From the IMG/VR virus record IMGVR_UViG_3300031774_000002: DNA of 64,000 nucleotides; one strand, 5' to 3'. This document shows, piece by piece, positions 24,781 to 34,222 of the stretch. The position numbers and the translations under genes are program-made. This stretch comes from an uncultured virus (IMG/VR IMGVR_UViG_3300031774_000002). Taxonomy: Duplodnaviria > Heunggongvirae > Uroviricota > Caudoviricetes. Each line of letters begins with the position of its first letter. Position 1 is the first letter of the stretch. The notes under the pieces were generated by a model. It was not told the DNA's origin. It did no database searches and saw only the letters and a program-made list of their open reading frames with translations.

Positions 24781-26154
24781 TTATGCTTTAAATCCTGTGT
24801 CTCTTGAACATTCAAGAGTTGTTGTAAAATTATCACCATTCACGCCTAACATTTTATGACGCAATTTTGTTATCAGATAATTACCGCTCAAGTATTTATC
24901 CGCTTGTCCATCCTGATCTTTTGAGATGGCAGAAGCAGGTATCTTTAACAGTATAACATCACCAACATCCAATTCACTATCACCTGGAAGCACAACTTCA
25001 ACTACACTATTGAAAATATGTTTTTCGTACGCTTCACTGTCTGCTGCAGTCTCAGTAATTGTTTTTGGAAATGGGTTTTCAGGTTGAAAGTTTGTATCAG
25101 TATCTCTACCGAAGTCTGATGTTTTTAATCGAACAATTGCTGGAGAGTCAGACTGTCCTGGAATTTGGAAATCATGGAATGTCTTAAACCGCTTATATGA
25201 TTTATCATAATTATAATCAACAACTCTTTTATTTTTCTTTAACAAATCGATGTATATTGATTGTGTATTATATAAACCACCTTCAAGGTTTTCTAAAAAA
25301 TCAGTTTGTTTTTTAACAAAGAATGATTTTATTTTTGTTCTATCGTCATTCGCATTTGTTGAACCGATTTCTGATGTGTTGTTTGATGGTGCATATGTAA
25401 ACATTTCTTTAGGCATCATATTGACAAGATTACTTATATTTTTGTAATGAAAACCTTTACTGTTTTCAAAAAAAGTATATAAAGGAACATGATCATCTGA
25501 ATCAGATTCATCAGCAAAAAAATCAATTGTATCATCTACAGATAAATTAGGAACAATAAATTTATGCATACCAACAGTTGCATCACAGTCAAATGTTTTA
25601 CTTACTTGAAGACCTGCTATCTGACTGATATTTCTATATAGACCTGTAATTTGAATACTATTAAAAAACTCATTATAAACACTTGTTACCATATTAGAGA
25701 TTTGATTACCATTCCCTATACCATATGCTCTGTTTATTTTTCTTGAGGATGTAGAATATGCTTCTGTACTGATACCAGAAATTACATAAACTTCATTTCT
25801 TTCTTCCGTGCGTTGTCTATCAGAAAGTTTATATAATGAGAAAACATGATTTTTATATTTTATCTCATCACTATTTGATCTAAATGAGACTAGAAGGAAT
25901 TCATTACCATTAAATCCGCCAATCTCTGATGTATTTGGATTACCCACAAGTGTATTGATAAGACCAACAGAATCACTTATGACGATTTCGCACGACATGT
26001 AGTGTGATTCAATATCTTGATATATGCTAAAGTCTACAACCAGACCTTCAATATCTATTATTTGACCAGAGCCAGATATAAGAGAAAATGCACGGACATC
26101 AATGTCCCCAGCCTTTCTATATCCTCGCTGAGATGGGATTGTTACTGTTGACAT
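24781..26154 (-). CDS. Baseplate hub protein, gp27-like
   Basis: FSIYQDIES..MSCEIVISDS, YTFFENSKGFHY, LPGDSELDVGD, SGNYLITKLRH; lies between gp53 and gp5. Confidence 0.75.
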   Translation of the reverse strand: MSTVTIPSQRGYRKAGDIDVRAFSLISGSGQIIDIEGLVVDFSIYQDIESHYMSCEIVISDSVGLINTLVGNPNTSEIGGFNGNEFLLVSFRSNSDEIKYKNHVFSLYKLSDRQRTEERNEVYVISGISTEAYSTSSRKINRAYGIGNGNQISNMVTSVYNEFFNSIQITGLYRNISQIAGLQVSKTFDCDATVGMHKFIVPNLSVDDTIDFFADESDSDDHVPLYTFFENSKGFHYKNISNLVNMMPKEMFTYAPSNNTSEIGSTNANDDRTKIKSFFVKKQTDFLENLEGGLYNTQSIYIDLLKKNKRVVDYNYDKSYKRFKTFHDFQIPGQSDSPAIVRLKTSDFGRDTDTNFQPENPFPKTITETAADSEAYEKHIFNSVVEVVLPGDSELDVGDVILLKIPASAISKDQDGQADKYLSGNYLITKLRHKMLGVNGDNFTTTLECSRDTGFKA

Positions 26155-26771
26155 TACACTCCATTCCTAAGAATTGTCTCAACTTCATCACGAATCGTTT
26201 CTAAATGTTTAACATCTAATAAAGAGATATCTCTTTTCTTTTCATTTAAATCTATTTCATAATCATATTTTGTTATACCAGTAGCATTATATTTATATGC
26301 TGTTTCAGTAGCATCAAATGTTGTTTTATCAACCACAACACTTCTTTCCTCAATTATTGTTCCGTCAAACTTAATTCTTTTCTTGGCTGGGATCTTAACG
26401 CCAGATTCATCTACAGCTGTTAAAAAGATTCTGTATTCATGTATTGCACTTTGAGCTGCAGAAATTGATCCATATTTTCCAATTATGTAACTTTCAAAAT
26501 TATCACCAAACAATGGCCAATCAAATACAGCATCCTCTATCTCATTGAAATGCAGAACTAACCACGCATAATTTGAATTGCCATAATATTTTTCAGCAAT
26601 AGTATCTGGTCTGTCTCCGTCTTGTATTCTATAGTCGTAGAAAACTTCAGTTCTGCTTTTTAATTCAGAATCGATTTTAAATCTACGCAAAATATTTGTG
26701 AGTTCAACAGTATTGCCTTGATTTTTTATATCATGCTTTGTAGTTGGAAAATATGAAAAATAATTTGACAT
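26154..26771 (-). CDS. gp53: Baseplate wedge component gp53
   Basis: YFSYFP, YRIQDGDRPDTIAEKYYG...WLVL..N...DWP (LysM-like). Confidence 0.92.
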   Translation of the reverse strand: MSNYFSYFPTTKHDIKNQGNTVELTNILRRFKIDSELKSRTEVFYDYRIQDGDRPDTIAEKYYGNSNYAWLVLHFNEIEDAVFDWPLFGDNFESYIIGKYGSISAAQSAIHEYRIFLTAVDESGVKIPAKKRIKFDGTIIEERSVVVDKTTFDATETAYKYNATGITKYDYEIDLNEKKRDISLLDVKHLETIRDEVETILRNGV

Positions 26772-27877
26772 TATTGAGAACCTGATGGAGCTATAGAAAT
26801 ACCTGTTGCATTAGGGTCATCCATATCGCTCTTAGTAATAATTTTTATTTCTTGGAAGTTTAGTGTTATTTCTATTGACACTGGTGCACCAGTATCTTCA
26901 AAGAACAACGGTAAACCTTGTGCGTTGTAATTAACTTCCATCCCTTTTAAAACAGATTTACCAATACTGTAAAGATTTGATGAGATAGCATCAGCAAAAT
27001 TTATTTGAAACTCATCAGGATAACTGAACGCAATGTTTCCAGCAAAGTAATCTGGATGCATATGATATTTAAATGTATTAATAATTGTTTTTATCTGATC
27101 AGACTCTTGAGGATTTCTGGCAACAAATTTATAAGAGAATGAATGCTCTCTAAATCCAACACCCTTAAATAATACAGCCATATGTGGATTTAATGCCAGC
27201 CCTTCTTTCTTGCCTATTGCTTGGGCAGTAGCAGCACCAGTTATGCCTGCAGCCAATGCACCAGCAGCACCGCCAAGACTTCCAGCTGCAGCAGTTGCAG
27301 CTGCAGCTGCACCTATGCCTGCTGCTTCTTTCAATGAATCGCCTTCACCCCCAGTCAATTCACTTTTCAGTCCTTGTATTTTTTGTGATATTAAAGCACC
27401 AATATCTTTTCCTGCACCTTCAGTATCTAAACCACCAGTTATGAATGCACCAAATTGACCAAGATCAGCATTCTCATAATCAGCACCATATGAAACACCA
27501 AGATTAGATGGGACTGGCAATATAATATTTCTTGTTACTGTTGTTGTTGGTGCGACAGAACGATCAGCACGGTCAGTTTCTACAACACTGAATATCATAT
27601 AATGATCATTGTCAAGAGTAGATGGAAAAATTAATTGATCTTTTATTTTTGGATTATTGAATAGTGGTGCTAATGGACTCTTAACTAAATTGCCAGAAAT
27701 TTTCTTTTGAATAATCTCATTAAAATTAGCATTAATAGATATACCATTCTTTCCAATTGATATACCAAATGAACCTTTACCTGCAGCACCAGCAAAATCT
27801 TCTAGTGCACCTTGTGCTTGTGCTACAACATCTTTGCCTGCTGAAGTTATGACTTGTTTTAGATTAATCTTTGGCAT
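26771..27877 (-). CDS. gp48: Baseplate tail-tube cap gp48-like
   Basis: NPHMAVLFKGVGFREHSFSYKF.ARN..ES, YPDEFQI, LNFQE; start reassigned to ATG 27877. Confidence 0.85.
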   Translation of the reverse strand: MPKINLKQVITSAGKDVVAQAQGALEDFAGAAGKGSFGISIGKNGISINANFNEIIQKKISGNLVKSPLAPLFNNPKIKDQLIFPSTLDNDHYMIFSVVETDRADRSVAPTTTVTRNIILPVPSNLGVSYGADYENADLGQFGAFITGGLDTEGAGKDIGALISQKIQGLKSELTGGEGDSLKEAAGIGAAAAATAAAGSLGGAAGALAAGITGAATAQAIGKKEGLALNPHMAVLFKGVGFREHSFSYKFVARNPQESDQIKTIINTFKYHMHPDYFAGNIAFSYPDEFQINFADAISSNLYSIGKSVLKGMEVNYNAQGLPLFFEDTGAPVSIEITLNFQEIKIITKSDMDDPNATGISIAPSGSQ

Positions 27878-27889
27878 TCTATCTACCTT

Positions 27890-27927
27890 TATAAATATGC
27901 GCAAGTGTAGTGATAACTCTATTTATA
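27890..27927. promoter_or_regulatory. Pair of oppositely oriented T4 late promoters (TATAAATA + at 27890-27897; - at 27920-27927)
   Basis: Exact consensus on both strands between the divergent gp48 and gp4 genes. Confidence 0.85.
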
Positions 27928-27936
27928 AGGCAAAAT

Positions 27937-28371
27937 ATGGCTCAATTTTATAAAGGTAAGTATCAATGCAAATTTCCTGAGAAATATAAAGGTGATTCAA
28001 GTGACATTACCTATAGATCTTCTTGGGAATTAAATTGCATGTCATACTTTGACAAAAATCCAGATATAATATGGTGGGCTTCAGAGCCTTTTCCTATTGG
28101 ATATCGTTCTCCGATTGATGGAAGGAAACACAGATACTTCGTTGACTTTGTGATAAAAACAAAAAACAATGAAACAATAATGATTGAAGTCAAACCTCAC
28201 GCTCAAACCCATGCACCAAAGTCTCAAAAAAGAATGACAAAAAAATATTTAAATGAAGTTAAGACTTGGGGTGTCAATCAAGCTAAGTGGGAAGCAGCAA
28301 TAGAATACTGTAAAGATAGAAATTGGAAATTTCAGATATTAACTGAAAAAGAATTGTATAAGAAGTCCTAA
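27937..28371 (+). CDS. gp4: Head completion protein gp4 (TnsA-like endonuclease fold)
   Basis: PEKYKGD...ITYRSSWE, WASE..I.YRSP.DG..HRYFVDF, NQAKWEAA; start at ATG 27937. Confidence 0.92.
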   Translation: MAQFYKGKYQCKFPEKYKGDSSDITYRSSWELNCMSYFDKNPDIIWWASEPFPIGYRSPIDGRKHRYFVDFVIKTKNNETIMIEVKPHAQTHAPKSQKRMTKKYLNEVKTWGVNQAKWEAAIEYCKDRNWKFQILTEKELYKKS

Positions 28372-28415
28372 ATAGATATTGTTATAAAGGTCACACAACA
28401 AAAAAGGATTAAATC

Positions 28416-29006
28416 ATCGCTTCAATATTTGACGACATGTTACTTCGTGGTGTTCGTTTAGGGCAGATACCTGCACGCACACAAGCTGCAAGAGAATGGT
28501 ATCGAGACAAAGCACGAAATGTTAGGAGTGCTGCAGCATATCCAGCAAACATACTTTCTGATATGGATAAATCAAAGCGTGTCCTTACTGGTCGTATGTA
28601 TCATTTCAGATATGATCCAAAAGGAGCAAAGACTCTCCCATACTATGACGCATTTCCATTAATCTTTATGGTTGGACCAGCATCTGGTGGATTTTATGGT
28701 ATTAATCTACATTACCTTCCACCGCAATTGCGTGCAAAGTTAATGGATGCATTGTATGATATAACAAATAATAAGAGATATGATCAGAGTACAAAGTTGA
28801 GAATCTCTTATGATGTACTAAATAGTGCTTCTAAATTTAAGTTTTTTAAACCGACTTTCAAGCATTATCTTTCAAGTCAAGTGAAGTCTGATTTTGTTCA
28901 AATAAATTCTACTGAATGGGATACAGCATTATTTTTACCAACTGAAAGATTTAAGAAAGCTAAGAAGTCGAAAGTATTCGCAGATAGCCGAAGGATGTTA
29001 AAATAA
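28416..29006 (+). CDS. gp2: DNA end protector protein gp2 (possible ATC start at 28416; first ATG at 28437)
   Basis: GRMYHFRYDPK..KTLPYYDAFPL, GINLHYLPP, FKHYL, LFLPTERF. Confidence 0.9.
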   Translation: MASIFDDMLLRGVRLGQIPARTQAAREWYRDKARNVRSAAAYPANILSDMDKSKRVLTGRMYHFRYDPKGAKTLPYYDAFPLIFMVGPASGGFYGINLHYLPPQLRAKLMDALYDITNNKRYDQSTKLRISYDVLNSASKFKFFKPTFKHYLSSQVKSDFVQINSTEWDTALFLPTERFKKAKKSKVFADSRRMLK

Positions 29007-29764
29007 TGGGTTTTAATGTTAATGACATTTCCTCTAGTTTCAGTAAGGCAGGTGTCGCCAAAGCATCACATTTTGACATTTATATTCATGGTAATGGTGA
29101 ACAAGATGTTGAAAGAGACATGCAATATAGAGCAGATGCTACTGAACTTCCTGGACGGAGCATAACAACTGTAGAACATTCTTTTAACAATTATGGACCA
29201 ATTAACAAAGTGGCATATGGACAAGCATATGCAGATATTGCTATTTCTTTTGTTTTAAGCGAAGACTTGAGAGAAAAGGAATATTTTGAGATATGGCAAG
29301 ATTCTATGGTCAACACTGGTGCGTTTAATCCAAGTGGTGTTGCTCGAGAAAGATCTGCTATGAACAGTTACAATGTAAGATATTTTGACAACTATACGAA
29401 AACAATAGTTATAAGACAATACGGATCTGCTGGCAATTTAAGATCAATACACACATTGAATGAAGCATACCCAATAATTATAAATCCAATTGCTATGGCT
29501 TGGGGTGAAGAATCAATTATGCGCATGAATGTGACATTCGCATATAGAAACTATCAGTGTATATTTAATAAGTCTGATCAGCCAACAAAAGGATTCGGTG
29601 GAAGTCTCAGAATAGACCGTGATGGAATTTCAGGTAGTTTGTCACTTCCAGGACTTGGTAATATTAATGCATCAATTAAAAAAGGCAAAGCAAAAATTGA
29701 CAGTATTAATGCGCAGGTTCGTGGAGTTAAAAACAAAGTTGCAGTGATAAGAAGTTTATTTTAA
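29006..29764 (+). CDS. Tail-tube family protein (gp54/gp19-like tube initiator)
   Basis: ELPGRSITT, YFEIWQD, LNEAYP..I..IAMAW, VTFAYR. Confidence 0.75.
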   Translation: MGFNVNDISSSFSKAGVAKASHFDIYIHGNGEQDVERDMQYRADATELPGRSITTVEHSFNNYGPINKVAYGQAYADIAISFVLSEDLREKEYFEIWQDSMVNTGAFNPSGVARERSAMNSYNVRYFDNYTKTIVIRQYGSAGNLRSIHTLNEAYPIIINPIAMAWGEESIMRMNVTFAYRNYQCIFNKSDQPTKGFGGSLRIDRDGISGSLSLPGLGNINASIKKGKAKIDSINAQVRGVKNKVAVIRSLF

Positions 29765-29788
29765 ATTATTCTATATTAGGAGAATATA

Positions 29789-30490
29789 ATGAATTTACCC
29801 CAGTTAACATCGCCAGAGTTTGTTACGGAAATACCGTCAACTGGTAAAGAAATAAAATATAGACCTTTTTTGGTCAAAGAAGAAAAGATTCTTCTTATGG
29901 CTTTGGAAGGTGGTGATGATAAAGAAATATCAAGAGCTATAATGAATATCCTCTCATCATGTATCATTGATGATGTAGACTTAAATTCTCTAGCAACATT
30001 TGATATAGAATATCTTTTTTTGAAACTGAGAGCGAAGTCTGTCGGTGAAGTTATTGAGTTAGTGTTATCACACCCTAAAAAAGACACAGAGTGTGATCAT
30101 AAAACTGAAGTTCATATCAATATAGATGACATTAAGGTTATTGGTGACATAAGTGATGGTAAGATACAAATAAATGACAGCATAGGTTTAAAATTAAGAT
30201 ATGCTGGGTTGAAAGATATTGATGATGTAAATGGAACAGACACAGATCAATTATACGATGTTGTTGTCAACTGCGTTGAATACATTTATGATACTGAAAA
30301 TGTATATGATGATTTCACCAAAGACGAGATGTCTGAATGGCTTGGTCAATTGAGCACATCACAATTTAAAAAGATAACTGATTTCTTTGAGAACGCACCA
30401 AAATTATCACATGTTGTTGAATGGACATGTCCAAAGTGCGGTAAGAAAGAAAGAATAGTGTTGGAGGGTCTCCAAAGTTTTTTTACATAA
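29789..30490 (+). CDS. gp26: Baseplate hub assembly protein, gp26 family
   Basis: LP...P......PSTGKEIKYRPFLVKEEKILL, FDIEYLFLKLRAKSVGE, CPKC, ends LEGLQSFFT. Confidence 0.9.
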   Translation: MNLPQLTSPEFVTEIPSTGKEIKYRPFLVKEEKILLMALEGGDDKEISRAIMNILSSCIIDDVDLNSLATFDIEYLFLKLRAKSVGEVIELVLSHPKKDTECDHKTEVHINIDDIKVIGDISDGKIQINDSIGLKLRYAGLKDIDDVNGTDTDQLYDVVVNCVEYIYDTENVYDDFTKDEMSEWLGQLSTSQFKKITDFFENAPKLSHVVEWTCPKCGKKERIVLEGLQSFFT

Positions 30491-30492
30491 GC

Positions 30493-30669
30493 ATGGTACA
30501 TGACTCATTAGCAAATATGTACCAGCTGAACTTTGCTTTGATACAACATCACAAGTATAGTTTAACTGAACTTGATAATATGATTCCATTTGAAAGAGAA
30601 ATATATGTAACACTATTGAAGAACCATCTTGATGAAGAGGAAGAAAGAATAAGAAACCAAAAACAATAA
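30493..30669 (+). CDS. gp51: Baseplate hub assembly catalyst, gp51-like (58 aa; possibly a frameshift extension of gp26)
   Basis: Not in the track; MVHDSLANMYQLNFALIQHHKYSLTELDNMIPFEREIYVTLLKNHLDEEEERIRNQKQ. Confidence 0.8.
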   Translation: MVHDSLANMYQLNFALIQHHKYSLTELDNMIPFEREIYVTLLKNHLDEEEERIRNQKQ

Positions 30670-30681
30670 TAAGAGGTTATA

Positions 30682-31011
30682 ATGTCAGAAGAAGAAAAGG
30701 GTCAAGTATTCCATCCAGCAGATACAAATGGTGATGGCAAAGTCAGTGCAGAAGAAGAAGCAATGTACTTAGAGTTTAAACGAAAAGAACTTGAAGATGC
30801 AGATGCTATGCGTGATGCACAGCGTAACATGACATGGTTCGCACTTGGTGGATTATTATTATATCCATTCGCTGTAGTAGTTGCTTCTCTTGTCGGTTTG
30901 GATCAAGCTCAAAAAACATTAGGTGACATGGCTCCAACATACTTTGTAGCTGTTGCTGGTATTGTAGCTGCATTCTTTGGATCACAAGCACTAGGAACTA
31001 AGAAGAAATAG
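30682..31011 (+). CDS. Small membrane protein with EF-hand-like loop and two hydrophobic helices
   Basis: DTNGDGKVSAEE, two TM-like segments, basic C-terminus, GAGG RBS. Confidence 0.75.
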   Translation: MSEEEKGQVFHPADTNGDGKVSAEEEAMYLEFKRKELEDADAMRDAQRNMTWFALGGLLLYPFAVVVASLVGLDQAQKTLGDMAPTYFVAVAGIVAAFFGSQALGTKKK

Positions 31012-31019
31012 GTTAAATC

Positions 31020-33026
31020 ATGGCTGAAGAAACTAATCTACCAACAATTGCAGGTGATACTCTAAAATCTACGACTGCTGCGAATAGAGCTGCAGCGAAA
31101 CAATCTAAAGCATTAACCAAACAAATAGCATTTATGAATATAGGTGCTGGGATGTTGAACAATGCAAGCATATCGTTAGACAAATATGCTAAAGGTGAGC
31201 AGAGAATGAATCCTTTGAGAAAAATCAAGGATATTTTTCACACATCAGATATGAGACAACAAGCTCTCCAGAAGAAACAACAACAGCAAATTGCAGAAAG
31301 ATTAGGAATATCACGAGAAGAACTTCTTCACTTACAGAAGAAAAAAGAGCTGACCGAAGCTGAACAAAAAGTTGCTGATGAGTTTAGAGAAAATGCAGCA
31401 AAGTATGGGATAAATCTGGAAGGTGTTAAGACCAGCTTTAATGAAATGGGTCAGTTGATTATTACTGATAGCAATAATAAAGCTCTGTCCCTTGAAGAAA
31501 CTCTCGGTAAAACAAATGCTGCATCACTAAGAGAAATGAAAAGAAATGCAGATGCTGCTGAGGAACAAGCAGGAGATGATAGAGCAAACTCTTTCTTAGC
31601 AAAAATTGCTGATGGATTAACTGGCGGTAGACTGAGTGAAATAGAAAACAACAGAGAAAGATCTAGAGCAGAGCAAAAAACAGCAGAAATTTTCAATTCA
31701 ATGGTTGATGGGTTAGTTGGTATAGAAACAGCATTGAAAGATGGGTTTGGCGATTTACTTGATAAAGCAGCAGAGAAAGGTGGCAAGGGAATTGGCATAG
31801 GACTTGGATTACTTGCTGCACCGATTGCATTGAGCGTTGGATTATTACAGGGATTGGCTGAGTCACTTAGTAAGTTAGCTAAGATAGTGAAAACAATGGT
31901 TGTCAAACCATTCCAACTACTAGGTCAATTAATACTGAAGATTGGACGGTTTATTGATCCAGTAAACATGGAAAAAGCAGGCAGAGCTATCGGTCGATTT
32001 ACAACTAAGACCGCTGATATATTTAAGAAATTAACCGCTCCTCTTAAAAATGCTTCAGCTGCATTTAAAGCAGGCTTTGCTGGTTTGAGTGTTTTTAGAA
32101 CAACGACTGGACAGTTCGGAAGACTTGGATTTTTTGGTAAGGTTGGTTCTGTTCTTGCTACTGCTATTGATAAATTGAAAGGTATTGGTGCAAAAATAAA
32201 AGGCTTCTTCCAACCAGTTGGAAGGTTGGGCACATTCTTTCAATCTATCGGCAAAGCATTCACACCGATTGTTAAAACAGTTTCATTTCTCGGAAGAACT
32301 ATTGGTAAAGCATTCTTACCACTAACGATAATCCTTACTGCATTTGATGGCATAAAGGGAGCAATAGAAGGTTTTAACACTGGTGGAATTATTGGCGGTA
32401 TCGTGGGTGCTTTCAAAGGAATTGTAGATGGATTGATATATAAACCACTCGATCTCCTCAAAGATTTTGTTAGTTGGATTGCTGGAAAACTTGGGTTTGA
32501 ACAGTTTTCTGAATTCTTAGATAGTTTTGATATTAGTTTTGATTCGGTTTTTGGTAAAATTGGAGAGATCATCGATAGTATAAAAGAGGGAATATCTGGA
32601 TTTGTCAGTAGAGCAAAAGATGGATTCTTGAACTTCTTTGGATTTGGTGGTGATGATGATGTTGATGTTGAACCACCTACACTTGATAATGTTAACACTG
32701 GTCCAAAGATAACTAGCTCTGCTGATCTACAAGCATTTCTTGACAACATGTCAGAGGGAGATCAAGAGTTTGATGAGAATAATCCTGAGATTGCTGCAGC
32801 AAGAGAACAAATGTTTAAGAATCTGGATGCGATGGATGGTGCTGAGATTAATGCTAGATCACAAACAGCTGCATCATCACAAAACATTGTTACAGTAGTT
32901 GCACCACAAACATCTAATGTAGTGCAAACATCACAAAACATGAACCAGACTGTAGCTGTCCCAGTTTCTCCAACTCCTAGTGTATCCACTAGAAACTCTG
33001 GAAGATCTCGAAGAAGAAACAGATAG
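31020..33026 (+). CDS. Tape measure protein candidate (gp29-like)
   Basis: 668 aa; helical and amphipathic G/F/K-rich repeats; follows gp26/gp51. Confidence 0.7.
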   Translation: MAEETNLPTIAGDTLKSTTAANRAAAKQSKALTKQIAFMNIGAGMLNNASISLDKYAKGEQRMNPLRKIKDIFHTSDMRQQALQKKQQQQIAERLGISREELLHLQKKKELTEAEQKVADEFRENAAKYGINLEGVKTSFNEMGQLIITDSNNKALSLEETLGKTNAASLREMKRNADAAEEQAGDDRANSFLAKIADGLTGGRLSEIENNRERSRAEQKTAEIFNSMVDGLVGIETALKDGFGDLLDKAAEKGGKGIGIGLGLLAAPIALSVGLLQGLAESLSKLAKIVKTMVVKPFQLLGQLILKIGRFIDPVNMEKAGRAIGRFTTKTADIFKKLTAPLKNASAAFKAGFAGLSVFRTTTGQFGRLGFFGKVGSVLATAIDKLKGIGAKIKGFFQPVGRLGTFFQSIGKAFTPIVKTVSFLGRTIGKAFLPLTIILTAFDGIKGAIEGFNTGGIIGGIVGAFKGIVDGLIYKPLDLLKDFVSWIAGKLGFEQFSEFLDSFDISFDSVFGKIGEIIDSIKEGISGFVSRAKDGFLNFFGFGGDDDVDVEPPTLDNVNTGPKITSSADLQAFLDNMSEGDQEFDENNPEIAAAREQMFKNLDAMDGAEINARSQTAASSQNIVTVVAPQTSNVVQTSQNMNQTVAVPVSPTPSVSTRNSGRSRRRNR

Positions 33027-33030
33027 ATAT

Positions 33031-33055
33031 AAAAAAGGGGACTTTGCAAGTCCCC
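33031..33055 (-). terminator. Rho-independent terminator
   Basis: ggggactt-tgc-aagtcccc hairpin with an adjacent A6 (U-tract on - strand) between convergent genes. Confidence 0.85.
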
Positions 33056-33181
33056 TGAAAACTTATCCTCTCCACATTCATAGTAGCTATCTCTACAAAC
33101 GCTTCCCAGTTAGCACGCTGACATTCGTGTTAGGAATGATATATCGCGAGTATACCATTTTAAGTTTTTACTCCTTAGTTA

Positions 33182-34084
33182 TTAGTCTTCTTCAGCTAAT
33201 TTTTCAAAGAAAGATAAAGAGTCATCTTCATCCGCAGATGCTACAGCTGTCGGCTCTTGTGGAGCTTCCATGACTGGTGCAGCTTTGGGTGCTTCAAACG
33301 GTGTGTCATCCATAGCACTTGCTGTTGGAGCAGGTGCACCAGTTAGACCTAACACACGCTTCATCTTTGCTTCTAATTCAGCATAAGACTTGAAGTTCTT
33401 GCGATCAAGAAATGCTTGTAAAGAGTATAAACCTTCATACACTTTTTCAAGAGCATCATCATCGCCATCAAGCAATTCACTGGCTGAATCAAACTCAGAT
33501 TTATCATAGTTGCGATATCCTTCAACTTGACGAATCTTTAATTTAAAGTCAGCACCTTCCCAGAAATCAAATGGGTTGATTGCTTGCTCATCTTCAAAAG
33601 CTGGATTCATAGCTTCATTCAGCTTATCAAAGATTTTCTTACCAAACTTATAAAGGAAAACTTTTCCTTCATTAGCAGGGTTTGCTGGATCCTTAACAAC
33701 CATGATGTTAGCAGTATAAGACAATCGTCTTTTCTGCTTTCGTGCTTGTTCTTTACCAGCATCAGTGCCGTTGTTCCAAAGCTGAGAGTTGAACTCACCA
33801 ACTGGATCTTTTTCACCGATAGTTGTTAAAGAGTTTTCGATGTACCAACCGCCAGTACCTTGAAAGCCATGATCAAAGATACGAACCCATGGAAGATCTT
33901 CGCCTTTTGGCTCTGGTAAAAAACGGATAACAGCATAACCATTACCAGCTTTGTCGACTTCTGGTTTCCAGAAACGATCATCACCTTTAGATTGAGTATT
34001 GCTGTTTAGTTTAGAAGACTCGCTGATCAGTTTATCAAGTGAACCGCTACGAGATTTTTTGAGTGTTGCAAATGAACTAGCCAT
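33182..34084 (-). CDS. gp32: Single-stranded DNA-binding protein gp32
   Basis: DDRFWKPEVDKAGNGYAVIRFLP, WYIENSLTTIG, FKLKIRQVEGYRNYDKSEF, acidic tail. Confidence 0.97.
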   Translation of the reverse strand: MASSFATLKKSRSGSLDKLISESSKLNSNTQSKGDDRFWKPEVDKAGNGYAVIRFLPEPKGEDLPWVRIFDHGFQGTGGWYIENSLTTIGEKDPVGEFNSQLWNNGTDAGKEQARKQKRRLSYTANIMVVKDPANPANEGKVFLYKFGKKIFDKLNEAMNPAFEDEQAINPFDFWEGADFKLKIRQVEGYRNYDKSEFDSASELLDGDDDALEKVYEGLYSLQAFLDRKNFKSYAELEAKMKRVLGLTGAPAPTASAMDDTPFEAPKAAPVMEAPQEPTAVASADEDDSLSFFEKLAEED

Positions 34085-34162
34085 ATATTTTTCCTTTGTA
34101 TTTACGATGTATTTTAATATTGCGTTTTATCCAAGCAATCATAATCTTCCTGATTGTTTAAC

Positions 34163-34213
34163 ATTATATAATATAAAGAGGATAATGTCAACCCCTTTAT
34201 CAGTTTATTTATA
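34163..34213 (-). promoter_or_regulatory. Sigma70 promoter (TTGACA-17-TATAAT, 34191-34163) plus late promoter TATAAATA (34213-34206) upstream of gp32
   Basis: Both are exact consensus matches. Confidence 0.85.
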
Positions 34214-34222
34214 AGAAACAAA

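Noticed and set aside
27937..28371. TnsA-like domain as a transposon
   Set aside because: Sequence and position match T4 gp4 head completion protein; no transposase partners or terminal repeats.
31451..33049. - strand ORFs opposite the tape-measure candidate
   Set aside because: Antisense shadows located beyond the - strand terminator at 33031-33055.
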